Source: Blepharisma stoltei ATCC 30299 (Eukaryota > Protista > Ciliophora). From it: DNA of 64,000 nt. A program made the position numbers and the translations under genes. This document shows positions 35,695-47,978 of the stretch, piece by piece. A model generated the notes under the pieces. It searched no databases. It was given only the letters and a program-made list of their open reading frames with translations, and was not told the origin of the DNA. Positions within the stretch are counted from its first letter, which is position 1. Every line of letters begins with the position of its first letter. The stretch covers positions 124,001-188,000 of the forward strand of contig CBFDEM010000003.1 in assembly GCA_965603825.1 (NCBI GenBank), written 5' to 3'.

Positions 35695-36185
35695 AATAAT
35701 TATGCAAATGTCTATAAAATGGACAAAATTTCTGCTTAAAAATAAGGAATAAATAGTTATCAATTTCTTAAATTAATAATTGAATAATTGCATTTTTTAA
35801 TGATATTTATAAATAGGGCTTTTAATTATTCCCGAAAAATATTCATAATGTTTATTATAGTTAATACAGATTTAAATGCAAAATTACTTTTATTTATGAA
35901 TTTTTTTTGATGTAAGAGTATTAAAATAATAGAAAAAAAATTACCTGTCTAGGACAAATATCTAGCTTATTATTAGATATAGATCTCAATAAGAAAAGTT
36001 TTATATTCACAATTCTTATGAAATTAATGAGAATTTTGTGATGCGAATTGCTTAAAATCAGCAATATTCTAACATTTATCTCTATCTAGAGCTTCTCATT
36101 TTCTAATCTTAAAAGCTATTACGAATAAAATCATTTTTAAACACGAATGTAGCCAATTTGATTATTAAGTTAAATAAATTCTGAG
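35695..36185. repeat. duplicated intergenic blocks of the dynamin array
   Basis: 35695-35755 matches 39747-39800; 35789-35911 matches 38459-38575; 35941-36185 matches 39835-40096. Confidence 0.85.
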
Positions 36186-36299
36186 TAATATTTTTTGAAA
36201 AAGTTATTAATAAAACCCAAAAATTATAAGAGAAGCATATAAAACCTAAAATAATAAAGACTTATTAACAAAAAATATTCTATTAATTAAAACATATCA

Positions 36300-38291
36300 T
36301 TAGTTATTAGAAATATTCCAATTCCTAAGAATATTTTTGGCACCTTTTAATAACGCAATCGCTTCTTTACAGTCTTTTCTTTTCTTTGGAATGATTTTTC
36401 CTTCATCTAAAAGTTTTTCATTGAATTTTTCACCAAGTAGTTCAGCAATCAATAAATCCTTGAGCGACTCCTGCACATCATGAATCAGAAAGCTTATAAT
36501 TGCCTTTGGAACATAGTCTCCAATGTTTTTTCTAGCAATTCAAAAATATGAATTTACAAGGATTCTTACAAGGACTATATTTTTTAACTCGCTCTGATTC
36601 GCTGCTATCGTTTTATTTGCTGGGCTTTGACCAAAAGGCTGAGTTTTCTGGTTATTAGGGAAAGGACTACTTTGAGCAGGTGCTTGTTGAGAACTAAGTA
36701 AACCTGTGGAAAAGGGTTTAAACAGGCCTTCAAAATTTTGATTAGGGCTAAACAAGCCTGCCCTTAAGTTTGATGCTTGGAATTTTAGCTGATTTTCATT
36801 AAGAGCTTCAATTTCTTCAATAGCTTTGCGTCCCCCAATGAAATCAGGATGATGAATATTTATATAATTCTTTTCCATATCAAATATCCTTTTTATCATA
36901 TCATAAGTATTCTTATATTTATCTTCAATTATTTTCTCTGTAATTTCACATATCAAACGATGTAGATCTTTAAACCTGCTAAAATAAGGGTTTGAAATTT
37001 TTTGAGTCAAGGTTAAGAGTGACTCTTTTACTAATTCAAGAATTTTAAAGGAAGGCACTCTAATGCTTTCTATTGTTTTTTTTGAAAGTTTTCTGAATGA
37101 TTGTCCTGGAATCAATAAAGTTCCATGAATTCCATTTGTGCTGCCTATTTCTTCCAATATTTCGTTATCTGTTATTTCTTCCATTGGATTAACTTTTTTT
37201 AGATTATCTTCAAAAAGTGTAAATAAAATTTTCCTGATTTTTGTGCCTGTATCATCTTTGTCAGTTCTTCCTTCTACAGCTTCCTCTAAAAATCTGGAAT
37301 AATCGTCAACTATTTTTATAATTATATTTTGCTGTAAAGCCTTATTTTCACTGATAGGATCTCCGTAATTTTCGAGCTCACGATTTCTTTGTTCAAGTTG
37401 GGAATCGATTCCTTCCTTTATGCGAGGGAGAGTTTGTCTGAGCTTTTCAAATAATATTTCTTGAAGTCTTTGAGTTAAATAAGGAATCCCTGCTTGATCT
37501 TGAATTTGGCTATAGTCAGGATTGTTGCTAAAGAATTCAGCCTCTTCACCCAAATGATCTGATATTGAGACATTATTGTTAATATCGTCTTGAGATCTAC
37601 AAACAACACCAACATACCCATGAGTTAATGGATATTCTTCACCAAGCAAGACGCTTATTGCACTTGTTCCTTTATCCATAATATCTAGCTTTGTAATCAC
37701 ACCTAAAGTTCTTTCTCCTCTTGGGTCGACGTCTCTTGCAATTTTTAACGCATCGGAATTTGCTATATCATTATTTCCGGGGGAAATAGCTAAAATAATG
37801 GCGTTTTCCTTTTTAATATACTCTAAGACCATTTCTTCAATTAAAGCCGATATATTTCGTGGCTGGTCTCCAACAGGATTTTTTGTTAGCCCTGGCAAAT
37901 CAACCAAAGTTATATTTACAACCAGTGGTGAATAAATCTCAAGAAGAATTGGCTTGCCAACAATCGCTTTTTTGCTCCCTGCATTTTTGTTTGTTTCAGC
38001 AATAATTTCGTCTCTAACCTTGGCAAAGTCTTTAATTATAACATCTGGAAGATGCTGGAATATTGCAAATTCTTCTTCATTGTTATGGCATTGGATGATT
38101 AGAGGCATTCTTGTCACTATTCCTTGACCTCGAGGAAGAAAATCTTTTCCAATAATACTTTCTAGCACGCTTGATTTCCCTGCAGATTGAGCACCAACGA
38201 CTACAATTTGAGGGAGTGAAATATCAACTTTAACATGGGAGAGATTGATTAATTTTTGTAGCTCGTTTACTGTAGCTAGTAGGCCTTCCAT
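36300..38291 (-). CDS. dynamin-related GTPase, copy 2 (~663 aa)
   Basis: Close paralog of copy 1; TGA at 36540 reads as Trp and the frame continues (IARKNIGDYVPKAII...WNISNN) to TAA at 36300. Confidence 0.92.
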
Positions 38292-38722
38292 TAATTATAA
38301 AAGGGGGAACTACTTTAAAAATGGAATAAATATTAATTAATTTCTTAAATAATTATGTTTTTAAGATTGAATTAACTCTTTAAAGGTACTAATCTATTAA
38401 TAGCATCCAGTTAGATAATATCTTTGCCGATTTAACTTCAAATTTAATTCTAATAGAGTGCATTGTTTAATGATATTTATAAAATAGGGCTTTTAATTAT
38501 TCCAGAAAATATTTATACTATGGTCAATACAGATTTAAATGCAAAATTAATTTTATTTATGAATTTCTTTTGATGCAAGCAGATTTAATATATACATATA
38601 GAAAATCTACTCTATCTTATAATTGATTAATTCACTTGCTGCTAAGAGCATAAACAAACATTTATAGAGAAAATAAATTAGACCTTTTGCATTTTAATAT
38701 TGCGCCAAATATAATTCCTATA

Positions 38723-38800
38723 AAAGATGAGCCTAATAGATAACACAAGCAAAACTCCACAATCCCAAAGATGTGCCTAATAGATAATGCAATACAAACT
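38723..38800. repeat. 44-nt-period direct repeat
   Basis: aaagatgagcctaatagataa (38723) and aaagatgtgcctaatagataa (38767). Confidence 0.7.
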
Positions 38801-39009
38801 TCATAATACAAATTAAATTATTTATTTGTTAAAAAATGTAAATTTTATTGATACTTTATCAAGATTTGCCGAATAAACCTTTTTAATAAAATCTTTAGTC
38901 TTCATTACAATTTTTAATATTTTTGAAAATTTAAGACTAATGCTTAATTAATCAAAAGTGATCCTTCTAATTCGCAAAAATATAATTTTGAAGTTTTGAA
39001 TTAAAAAAT

Positions 39010-39744
39010 AATATATTTTTGCCTGCCTCATAAATGTCACCTATACTTTTATTCTTCTTCTATCCAAAGTATTCTCTAAATATTTGTGATAATCATCAAT
39101 GATTTATAATAATATTTGCTTGAAAATCTTTATTATCAACAATAGGGTCCCCGTATTTTTAAACTTTTTTTCTTTCTTCACGTTACTCTACTTGGGTCTG
39201 AATCTCTTGCAATTTTAATGCATTTGAGTTGGTATGTAATTATTTCCAGGGAAAGTTGCTAAAATAATGACATTTCTTTATCAATTCATTCTAGTATCAT
39301 TCTTTTGATTAAGGCAGACATATTTCGTGGCTGGTCTCCAACTGGATTTTTAGAAAATCCAGGCAAATCAACCAAAGTTATATTGACGACATTTGGTAAA
39401 TAAATTTCAAGAAGAATTGGCTGATCTATAATCCCTTTATTATTTCCTGCCTTTTTATTGTTTCTGCTATAATTTCCTCTCTAAATTTAAATATCACTTG
39501 CGAGCTATACTGAAATATTGCAAATTCTTCGGAATGTAATGGGATTGAATAATTAGAGGTAATCTTGCTACAATTCCACTTCCTCTAGGAAGAAAATTTT
39601 TCCCAATAATATTCCTAAAACACTGGACTTGCCTACAGATTGAGCTCCAACAGCCACAATTTGAGGAAGTGAAATTTTAACTTTAGCACGTGAGAGATTG
39701 ATCAGTATTTGTAACTTATTTGCAATAGATAGCAAGCCTTCCAT
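39010..39744 (-). pseudogene. dynamin-related pseudogene
   Basis: MEGLLSIANKLQ...GAQSVGKSSVL, then frameshifts and TAA/TAG stops; retains NITLVDLPGFSKNPVGDQPRN; large internal deletions jump to YGDP.../KIIDDY and then to an RQAK-like C-terminal remnant. Confidence 0.9.
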
Positions 39745-40093
39745 TAAATAATTATGCAAATGTCTATAAAATAGGTAAATTCCTACTTAAAATTAAGGAA
39801 TTATAAAATTGAGATTTTTATTAAAATTAATATTTTACCTGTCTATGACAAACATCTAGCTTATTATTAAATATAAATTTCAAGAAGAAAAGTTTTATAT
39901 TCACAATTCTTATGGGTTAATGAGAAATTTGTGATGTGAATAAATAAATTATTCAAATAATTGATTAAAATCAGCAATATTCTAGCATTTATATATAATT
40001 AGAGCTTCTCATTTTCTAATCTTAAAAGCTATTATGAAAAAATTTATTTTTAAGCATGAGTGTAGCCAACTAGATTATTTAGTTAAATAAGTT

Positions 40094-41953
40094 CTAAGTG
40101 CTTGGCAGACCCCATTGCCTGAGAATGGCTTTTGCTTGTCTAAGTGTTTTTATAGCTGATTTGCAAGCTTCTCGTTTTTGTGGTATGAGTTTTCCTTCGT
40201 CTAAAGTTCTTTCAAGAATCTCATCTTTTAATAACTTATCACTCAAGTGATTGCCTAATGTCCTCATAACCTTCATAACAAGGAAAAACATTATTGCCTT
40301 TGGAACCATATCTCCAATAGTTTTTTTTACTATATCAAAGTAAGACTTTATTAGCAATTTTGTTACTTCAACATATTTCTTTTCATCAGATATTATAGGA
40401 GTGCTGACTTTTTGGCCTGGGTAGTTTTGTGCAATCTTCTCTTTTTCCTCTTCAATTTTTTGATTAATTTTAGCAAGAGCTACAATTCCTCCCATGAAAT
40501 CAGGGTGCTGGATATTAATATAATTGTATTCCATAGTAAATATGTCATCTATGATTTCAGATGTAGTTTTGTAGCAATCTTCAATTAGTGATTCAGAAAT
40601 TTCGCATACTGACACATGGAAAATACTAAACCGTCTAAATTCATCAACTTTAATGCGTTTTATTAAGGCTGAAATCGTATCCTTTACAGATTCAAATGCA
40701 TCAATAGCCGGCTCTTTAAGCAAATTAACTGTAGACTGTGCAAGAGTTCTAAATGCTTGCTCAGGAATGAGTAAAGTTCCATATATACCATTTGAGTTGC
40801 TAATTTCGTTTTGGATTAATCTATCGTTGGAGCATATAAGAGGATTTATCTCCCTGGTTTTTCTTTCCAAATTGTCAAATAAAATATTTCGAATTTTAGT
40901 GCCTTCGTTATTTTCAGAGCTATCTTTGCCTTCTAATACTTCTTCTAAGTTTCTGGAGAATTCACGGATAACTTTAAGTATAATATTTCTCTCCAAATCT
41001 CTATTTCCTTTAACTGGTTCGCCATAAATTTTTGCTTCAACTTCTCTTTCCCTCAACTGACGATCAATGCCAGCTTTTATGCTTGGAAGAGTTTTTTGTA
41101 AATGATCAAAAAGGATTTCTTGAAGTTTTTTAGTTAAAAATGGAATGCCTGTTTGGTCCTGAATTTCTTGATAATCAGGATGATTTCTAAAAAAATCGGC
41201 TTCTTTTTCTAAATGATCTGCTATTGGAACATTATTCTTGATATCTTCTTGATTTCTACAAACAACTCCAATATGTCCAAACTTTAAGGAGTATTCTTCA
41301 CCAAGAAGAATATTTATGGCACTAGTCCCTTTATCCATAATATCCAGCTTTGTAATCACGCTTAAAGTCCTTTCTCCTTTCGGATCAACATCTCTTGCAA
41401 TTTTTAAAGCGTCTGAGTTTGCGATATCATTATTTCCTGGAGAAATTGCTAAAATTAAAGCATGTTCTGCTTTTATATATTCCAAGGCCATCTCCTCGAT
41501 CATAGAAACAATATTTTTTGGCTGATCTCCAACAGGGTTTTTAGTGAGTCCAGGCAAATCTACTAATGTAAGATCAATAACTTGTGGGGAATGAATTTCA
41601 AGAATGATTGGCTGGCTAACAACACCTTTATTATTTCCTGCTTCTTTTATTGTATCTCTTTCGATTTCTTTTCTAACTTCATTAAAGTCATCAAATAAAC
41701 GATCCTGGCAATGATGGAATACAGCGTACTCACCCTCTTCTGTATGATGACATTGAATAATAAGAGGTCTACGTGTTACAATCCCACTACCTCTAGGAAG
41801 GAAGTCTTTTCCAACAATACACTCTAGCACACTTGATTTGCCAGCAGATTGAGCTCCAACCACGACGATTTGAGGTAGCGAAATGCTAACGCGGACATTG
41901 GAAAGGCTGATTACTTTTTGTAGCTGGTTAACGATTGATAGTAAACCTTCCAT
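40094..41953 (-). CDS. dynamin-related GTPase, copy 3 (most canonical)
   Basis: GAQSAGKSS, GIVTRRP, LTLVDLPGLT, ITKLD, GED SYFDIVKKTIGDMVPKAIM; short variable insert. Confidence 0.95.
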   Translation of the reverse strand: MEGLLSIVNQLQKVISLSNVRVSISLPQIVVVGAQSAGKSSVLECIVGKDFLPRGSGIVTRRPLIIQCHHTEEGEYAVFHHCQDRLFDDFNEVRKEIERDTIKEAGNNKGVVSQPIILEIHSPQVIDLTLVDLPGLTKNPVGDQPKNIVSMIEEMALEYIKAEHALILAISPGNNDIANSDALKIARDVDPKGERTLSVITKLDIMDKGTSAINILLGEEYSLKFGHIGVVCRNQEDIKNNVPIADHLEKEADFFRNHPDYQEIQDQTGIPFLTKKLQEILFDHLQKTLPSIKAGIDRQLREREVEAKIYGEPVKGNRDLERNIILKVIREFSRNLEEVLEGKDSSENNEGTKIRNILFDNLERKTREINPLICSNDRLIQNEISNSNGIYGTLLIPEQAFRTLAQSTVNLLKEPAIDAFESVKDTISALIKRIKVDEFRRFSIFHVSVCEISESLIEDCYKTTSEIIDDIFTMEYNYINIQHPDFMGGIVALAKINQKIEEEKEKIAQNYPGQKVSTPIISDEKKYVEVTKLLIKSYFDIVKKTIGDMVPKAIMFFLVMKVMRTLGNHLSDKLLKDEILERTLDEGKLIPQKREACKSAIKTLRQAKAILRQWGLPST

Positions 41954-42296
41954 TACTATTAGCTAATATCTACATAATTTTTAGAGATTTCTTTTTTAAC
42001 TTAGGGGTCTTTATTAATAAATCTTATTAATGAGTGTCTCTGTGAATTTTATTTATAATTTTAGCATTTTTAGAGTTAAGAAATTTGGGCTGATTTGTTT
42101 TAATATTAATTTTTCCACTCCAAATTTCATATTATGTAAACAGCCTAGTTTAAAGTCTTTTAGATATTAGTAAGTATTAAAAACTGGACAGTTAATAATA
42201 ATTAATTTTAAAAATTGCATTTTAAAGTAATATTAAGATGTTCCAAATTCTATGCTATTCTAAGCAGTCCATTTGCATTTTAATATATAAGTATTT

Positions 42297-43478
42297 ATGA
42301 CTACAAAAGAAGAGCTTAAAAGATATATCCAAACTAAGCTTCACAGCCTTCTCGAAGATATGGTGACAAGTATTCTTTTAGAACAGCCAAAAACACCTGA
42401 ACAATTTATGCTTGATTGATTAATATCTCGATCAAATACCCAATTAACAGATAGCGAAAGAAATGAATTGGCTTCTTTAAGATCAGAATACAAGTCCTTG
42501 ACTGAACAAAACAAAGATTCCTCAGCTTCTAACAGTGAAACTGATGAAAGTGACCAAGAATCTGAAGAAGAAGTACCTGTAGCTCCTCAGAAAAAAATGA
42601 AGGCAAGAGCATCTGTAAGCGCTGAAGCTTTTGGGCTTTGAAACAAAAAATCTGCTTTTAAGCCAAGATTTATACCTAAAAGTGATGAACAAAAGGCAAG
42701 AATTTCAGAAAGACTTAGTAAAGCGTTTATGTTCGCCGCACTAGATGATAATGAAAGAGAAATTGTAGTCAATTCTATGGAAGAAAGAAGGTTCCAAGGA
42801 GGCGATCAAGTAATTACACAAGGTGATGATGGAAACGAGCTATTTGTAGTCGATAGTGGAAAACTTGAGTGCAGCAAAGTTTTTGTTAAAGGAGAGCCAT
42901 CTAAGTTTTTGAAGTTTTATGAGCCTGGAGACTCATTTGGAGAGCTTGCACTGCTATATAATGTTCCAAGAGCTGCATCAATAAAAACAGTCACTGATTG
43001 CATATGTTTTGTTTTGGACAGAGATTGCTTTAATCATATCGTAAAAGATTCAGCTGCAAGAAAAAGAGAAAGATATGAAAACTTTTTGGCAAGCGTAGAA
43101 CTATTAGAAAATATGGACCCATATGAGAGGTCACAGATTTCTGATGCCTTGAAGACTGCAGTTTTTAAAGAAGGCGATAAAGTAATTACTGAAGGAGAAT
43201 GGGGTGATGAATTCTATATGATTGAAGAAGGAACTGCTATAGCAACAAAAACATTTAATCCTGGAGAGTCGCCAAAAGAAGTGAAAACTTATAAGCCTGG
43301 GGATTATTTTGGAGAGCTTTGCTTACTTAGAGGGCAGCCTCGTGCTGCTAATATTATTGCAACGAGTAAGCTGTCATGTGTGACTTTAGGTAGAAAAGCA
43401 TTTAAGAGGATGCTAGGGCCTCTAGATGATATTTTAAGAAGAAATGCTAGAAAATATGAAGGAATATTAGGGATTTAA
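42297..43478 (+). CDS. PKAR: cAMP-dependent protein kinase regulatory subunit
   Basis: ATG 42297; N-terminal dimerization/docking-like helices, inhibitor site KARASVSAEAFG, two cNMP domains (FGELALLYNVPRAA, FGELCLLRGQPRAA). Confidence 0.95.
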
Positions 43479-43615
43479 TAATAATATCAAGTATAAATTT
43501 AAATGTAAATCAAAATTAATCAATTGAATAAGTATTTTTTATTATCATGTGAGCTCCTATTTAATTTATAAATTAAGCATTCAATAATTATTAAAGAAGT
43601 AATTAATTCATTAAT

Positions 43616-46600
43616 ATGTCAACGCTTCAGCTGCTTAAACAGAAAAATAACTCAAAAACTTCAGCAGCAAAAGTATCTTCTAAATAGGATCAATGAGGAC
43701 CACCAAGATCAAGATCAAGCTCATCTCAAGCATTAAAAACAAATCGTATCAGATATGCTTTGCAAGATGAAACAAAATCCTCAATAGAAAGCCAAAATTC
43801 TTTAAAAGCTCTCAAACTTCCGCCACTACCAGTAGCTGAAATTTCGTCCAAACCTTCATTTATAAGTGAAGATGACCCTAGCAAGTTAGCTTCAACATCT
43901 GAATCCGATTTAGAAAATATAAAAAATAGCTTAGAGTCAGAATGATCAACAAGAAACATCCCTGAAGACCTGAGGATTCCTTATAGAGAGTCCATTTTTC
44001 AATTGCCTCGCCATAAGGCGCATCTAATAATCTCAAAAGAAATTTATGATTTGTCTAAATCCAAAGCCTTAATTCAAATTGCAATTCGTGCAGTTATAGC
44101 AAGAGAAGAAAGTTTGAAAAACATTCACGAAATGGATGAGTTTTTGCAAAATTCAGGAAACTGGGAGAGTATAACTGATGTTCAGTTAGAGACTGCAGAA
44201 CTGCTGCATGGGCATAGAATGCTCACATTGAGTGCAGTTGAAAGTATTATAAGATGAAGAGAGTCTTTATATGCGGCATCTCTTATTAATCAAGTTGAAA
44301 AGCCAAAAAAAATCCCTTTCATATGGAATGGAGAAAACTATATTAAAAAAATGAAAGCAGATATGGACTTTTTAAAAAGCTCCTCCTATAGCAAAGTTTT
44401 TAATTTTGAAGATGGTGCTGACCCTCTTCTTGTAAGGCCTTCAAAAATCGAAAAAAAAGAAAAAGTAAACAAAAGAAATACAAATTATTTTATAGACCAA
44501 GGACAAGTTTTTGTACCACTACCATCATCGCTACAAAAACGAGTCCAAGCAGCAGAAGAAGCCATCTTTGGAGAAGATATTGAAAAAATCCCTGAAGAGT
44601 CCCCATCAATTTATATGAGCCGAACCAGCAGCTCTTCAGACTTAAGTGATAAATTATCAAATTCCCCTCAAATGACCCACAGCAAAGTGTTAAAAACAAT
44701 TGTAGAAGAAATCATTGAAGAAGAGATTGATGAAAAATTAGAAGACACAGTCAGAGAAGCAAAGCAAGAAGAAGAAATAAAAAATCAAAAAATAAATTTG
44801 ACAAAAATGATTTTTGATGATATTTTAAATGAAGTTATAGAAAAAGAATGCCCAATAATAGCAGAAAACGAAATTAAAAATAAGAAAGATGTCAATGAGA
44901 AACTGAAAGGGTATTATGTTAGCTCTTTTATTGAAGATGAAATAATTAAAAATTTAAGAGAAATTGCGAAAGCGGAAATAGAAGCTGCTAAAAAAAAGCA
45001 AAAAGAAAATAAATTGGTTTCTGAAGATGTTTTCGAAAAATTATTAATTATATTGATAAGAGAGGTGGTTGAGTTAGAAGTTGATAGAGAAAAGAAGATG
45101 GCTAATAATACAAAATTAGCAAAAAATATTGTAGGCTCTCTTGTAGATGAATGTGTTGAAAGGCTTTTAAAAGAATTCGCTGATACTGCAATAAATGATG
45201 CAAAAAAGGTGTTTGAGAAAGATTTAAACGATATGAACTCAAAAATTGCATTAATAATTGCAAATCAATTAATTGATGAAATTGTTCTAAATAATGAAGA
45301 TTTTGGGATCAATAGCATTTCTGAGTCAGCATTGCAAGAAATGAAACAAAACCACAAAGAAAAAATTGAGCAGTTCAATTCAAATTTGGCACTTTTGATT
45401 TATAATGAAATAGTAGACAGTCTTATTAATGGAAACTCAGATCTTAATATGCATAAAATAGCAGAAATAGCCTTGAAATCAACAGAAAAAGAGAGCGCAA
45501 AAATGATTGAAGATATAAGCTTGATTATATATAACGAGCTCTTTGATTATCTTATATACCAATATTCAGAATTCAACCTATCTAATATTGCAGAAATGAC
45601 AGTAGATGAAATTAAGAAAAAAATTAAAGAAACAAAAGATAAAGAGCTGCAGGGGTTAGCCAATGTAATTTATGGCTCATTATTAGATGAGCACATTGCT
45701 GATACAAATTTAAATCGACTAAGCAATAAGGAAATAAGACTTGAAGAACAAAGAGCAAGAGACTTAAAAGCAAGAAGCGAAGTCATAGAAGAGTTAGGGC
45801 TTGACTTTGCTTACCAAGAAGATTTCCAAGACCTCTCAAACGTAGAATTTCGACCTATTGGTGTCCCTGAAATTATGATTATCAGTGTTCTTGATGAATA
45901 TTACCGCTTTATTCCAGAAATCTGCAAACCTTCACTTCCCACCATAATGCAGCTTCTAAATGAAATCACCCGCGGTATCAATCCTTGCTGATACTGGGCT
46001 TTAAAAGAAAATCGCATTCTTGGGCTTATAGTCTACACTCAAGATTGTATAGGTCAATTAGAATCCAATTTAATTATCCATCACTTCTCATGCCTAAACT
46101 GAGAAGCATACCCCGGCTTATTAGAAGCCACCAAAAAGTTTTTATTCAGCAACGATAAATTTGATGAAATTAGGGTCAATTTAATTGCAGGAGAAATCCA
46201 AGAAGTCCCACTTGATGTTAAAAGGATTTTTAGTAAGGGAAAATTCAAATGGAAAGCAAACTCTGAAACTGAGGATAAATATGATATAGCAATTATGGGC
46301 ATAACTAGGGCTAATACTAATATTATTTTGACGCCTAGGAAAACACAAAACCAGACAATAAGAGTTGTCTCTGGATGCTGTATCGAAATTGATAATGAGA
46401 CAAATGGATTAAATCTAGAAATAGGGGAAGAGTCTATGCAGATAGGAAATAGACAATGCTTGATTAATTCTATACTAGGACTTATGGGACAACTTGTGAA
46501 AAATCAAATTAAAGTGTCACAGCTTGGCCTGAGTAATCTGCATAACGATATTTCTAATATTTTAGAATACGCAAGCAGCTCTGAAAGCTTTAATTTCCCA

Positions 46601-47296
46601 TATATGAGCTCTATAATAGCTACAAATAAAATTGAGGCATCTGAATTTATTCAAAAAAATAAAATGATGCTTCCTACTCCAAGAGGCAAAAGTTCAATTT
46701 CTTGCCTTGATATTTCATTTCGATGGCCAAGCTGCACTTTTATTCACCAAAAAGTTTTTGAAAATGACTATCATTTTATGCGATTTAAATCAAATAAACT
46801 TTCCTGTGCCAGAGTAAATGATTTTATGATATTTAAAGTCCCTACTGAATTTTCTAATTTATTTACATTTTTTATTACAACAAATGATGATTTAAAGCAG
46901 GATTTGGCTTCTGAAATATATAAAAGGAAAAATGATATTTTTTATAAAGCTAATAGTATATTGAAACAAGTAGTAAATTTTGAGCCTATTGAAGAGCTTA
47001 GGCTGCCATGCTTTAATAAAGATTTATATCATAAACTTAGCTGAGTAAAAGGATATGAAATTCTTCCTCAAAAAGATGAGACAGGAATTCAGAAAATTGC
47101 ATCATGCAATGAATGCGTAAAACTTGAAATGAGGAACTATTCTCAGTTTGAAGGGATTTTAAGGATAAATCCACACACAGGATATATAATAGACCAAGAT
47201 TTTATTTTTGGGATTATGCACAAAAAGGTGGATATGGTATTGGATATACCTTTATTTGTATGTCTTATAGAAAAGTGTAATTGGATTGCTTGTTAA
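43616..47296 (+). CDS. large multidomain protein, paralog B (~1221 aa); 15-nt intron at 43673-43687
   Basis: Continuous frame after removing the intron and reading TGA as Trp; homologous to 27018-31289 (AREESLK, PFIWNGENYIKKM, LGLDFA, CWYWALK, DEIRVNL, QIGNRQCL, DFIFG). Confidence 0.85.
43673..43687 (+). other. 15-nt intron (gtatcttctaaatag)
   Basis: Ends in an in-frame TAG that otherwise stops the frame from ATG 43616. Confidence 0.75.
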
Positions 47297-47460
47297 TATT
47301 AATATAAGTATATTGCTATGTTTTTAGAAGATTTATCTTTGATTTTACATTGACTATTTGTAAAAATATAAATAATTAATTTTTAATCGTGAATTTTTAC
47401 GAAATTTATGATAGAACTATATATAATAAAAGTTCCCGCACTAATTTTATGCAATTTTAA

Positions 47461-47733
47461 ATGGAAGAGCGGAAAGAAGTTTGTGAGGCATGTGAAGCTA
47501 AGCTAGAGCATATTCAAGCACTGCAAGAAGCTCTAGGAGAAATTGTTGATCAAAATGAAGCTTTTAGGCTTAGAGTGGTTGAATTAGAAGCATGGGTCAA
47601 TAAGGCAAATGATAAGCTGGATAGAAGAGAAAAAAGGATCAGTTCTTTAAATGAAGAAATTAAAGAAGCTGCAGAAAAAATAATTGGCACTAATAATCAA
47701 GATGCAAATCACGATTCTAAACGATCAAATTAA
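47461..47733 (+). CDS. small coiled-coil protein
   Basis: 90-aa ORF, CEAC then a heptad pattern, higher GC than flanks. Confidence 0.65.
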   Translation: MEERKEVCEACEAKLEHIQALQEALGEIVDQNEAFRLRVVELEAWVNKANDKLDRREKRISSLNEEIKEAAEKIIGTNNQDANHDSKRSN

Positions 47734-47978
47734 TGTTTTTATGCAAAAATAATTCACGCAAAGACTAATATTTTATTCTAAAATTTTGATAAATTAATTT
47801 ATTGATTTAATTAATCAATTTTAATTGAGATGGCAGTTAAGGCTCCCGGTTTTACTATTTAGCATTAGCTAATAAAGAGCTGAAAGACCTGAACGTGATA
47901 TGAAAATCTTAATTAAAATAAATTCAAATTTAATTCACAAATTTTTAAAAAACTTGATTAAATCCCCTTAAAATTATT

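Noticed and set aside
36540-36542. Apparent nonsense mutation truncating dynamin copy 2 (GGA in copy 1, TGA here)
   Set aside because: TGA is Trp in this genome, and the downstream 80 codons stay open and conserved to TAA 36300.
1-43478. PKA catalytic-like and regulatory genes as a functional cluster
   Set aside because: They are 42 kb apart with many unrelated genes between, and both families are commonly multi-copy in ciliates.
27018-47296. The two large paralogs as ends of a mobile element carrying the dynamin array
   Set aside because: They are anciently diverged protein-coding paralogs with no nucleotide-level terminal repeats, no transposase, and housekeeping genes between them.
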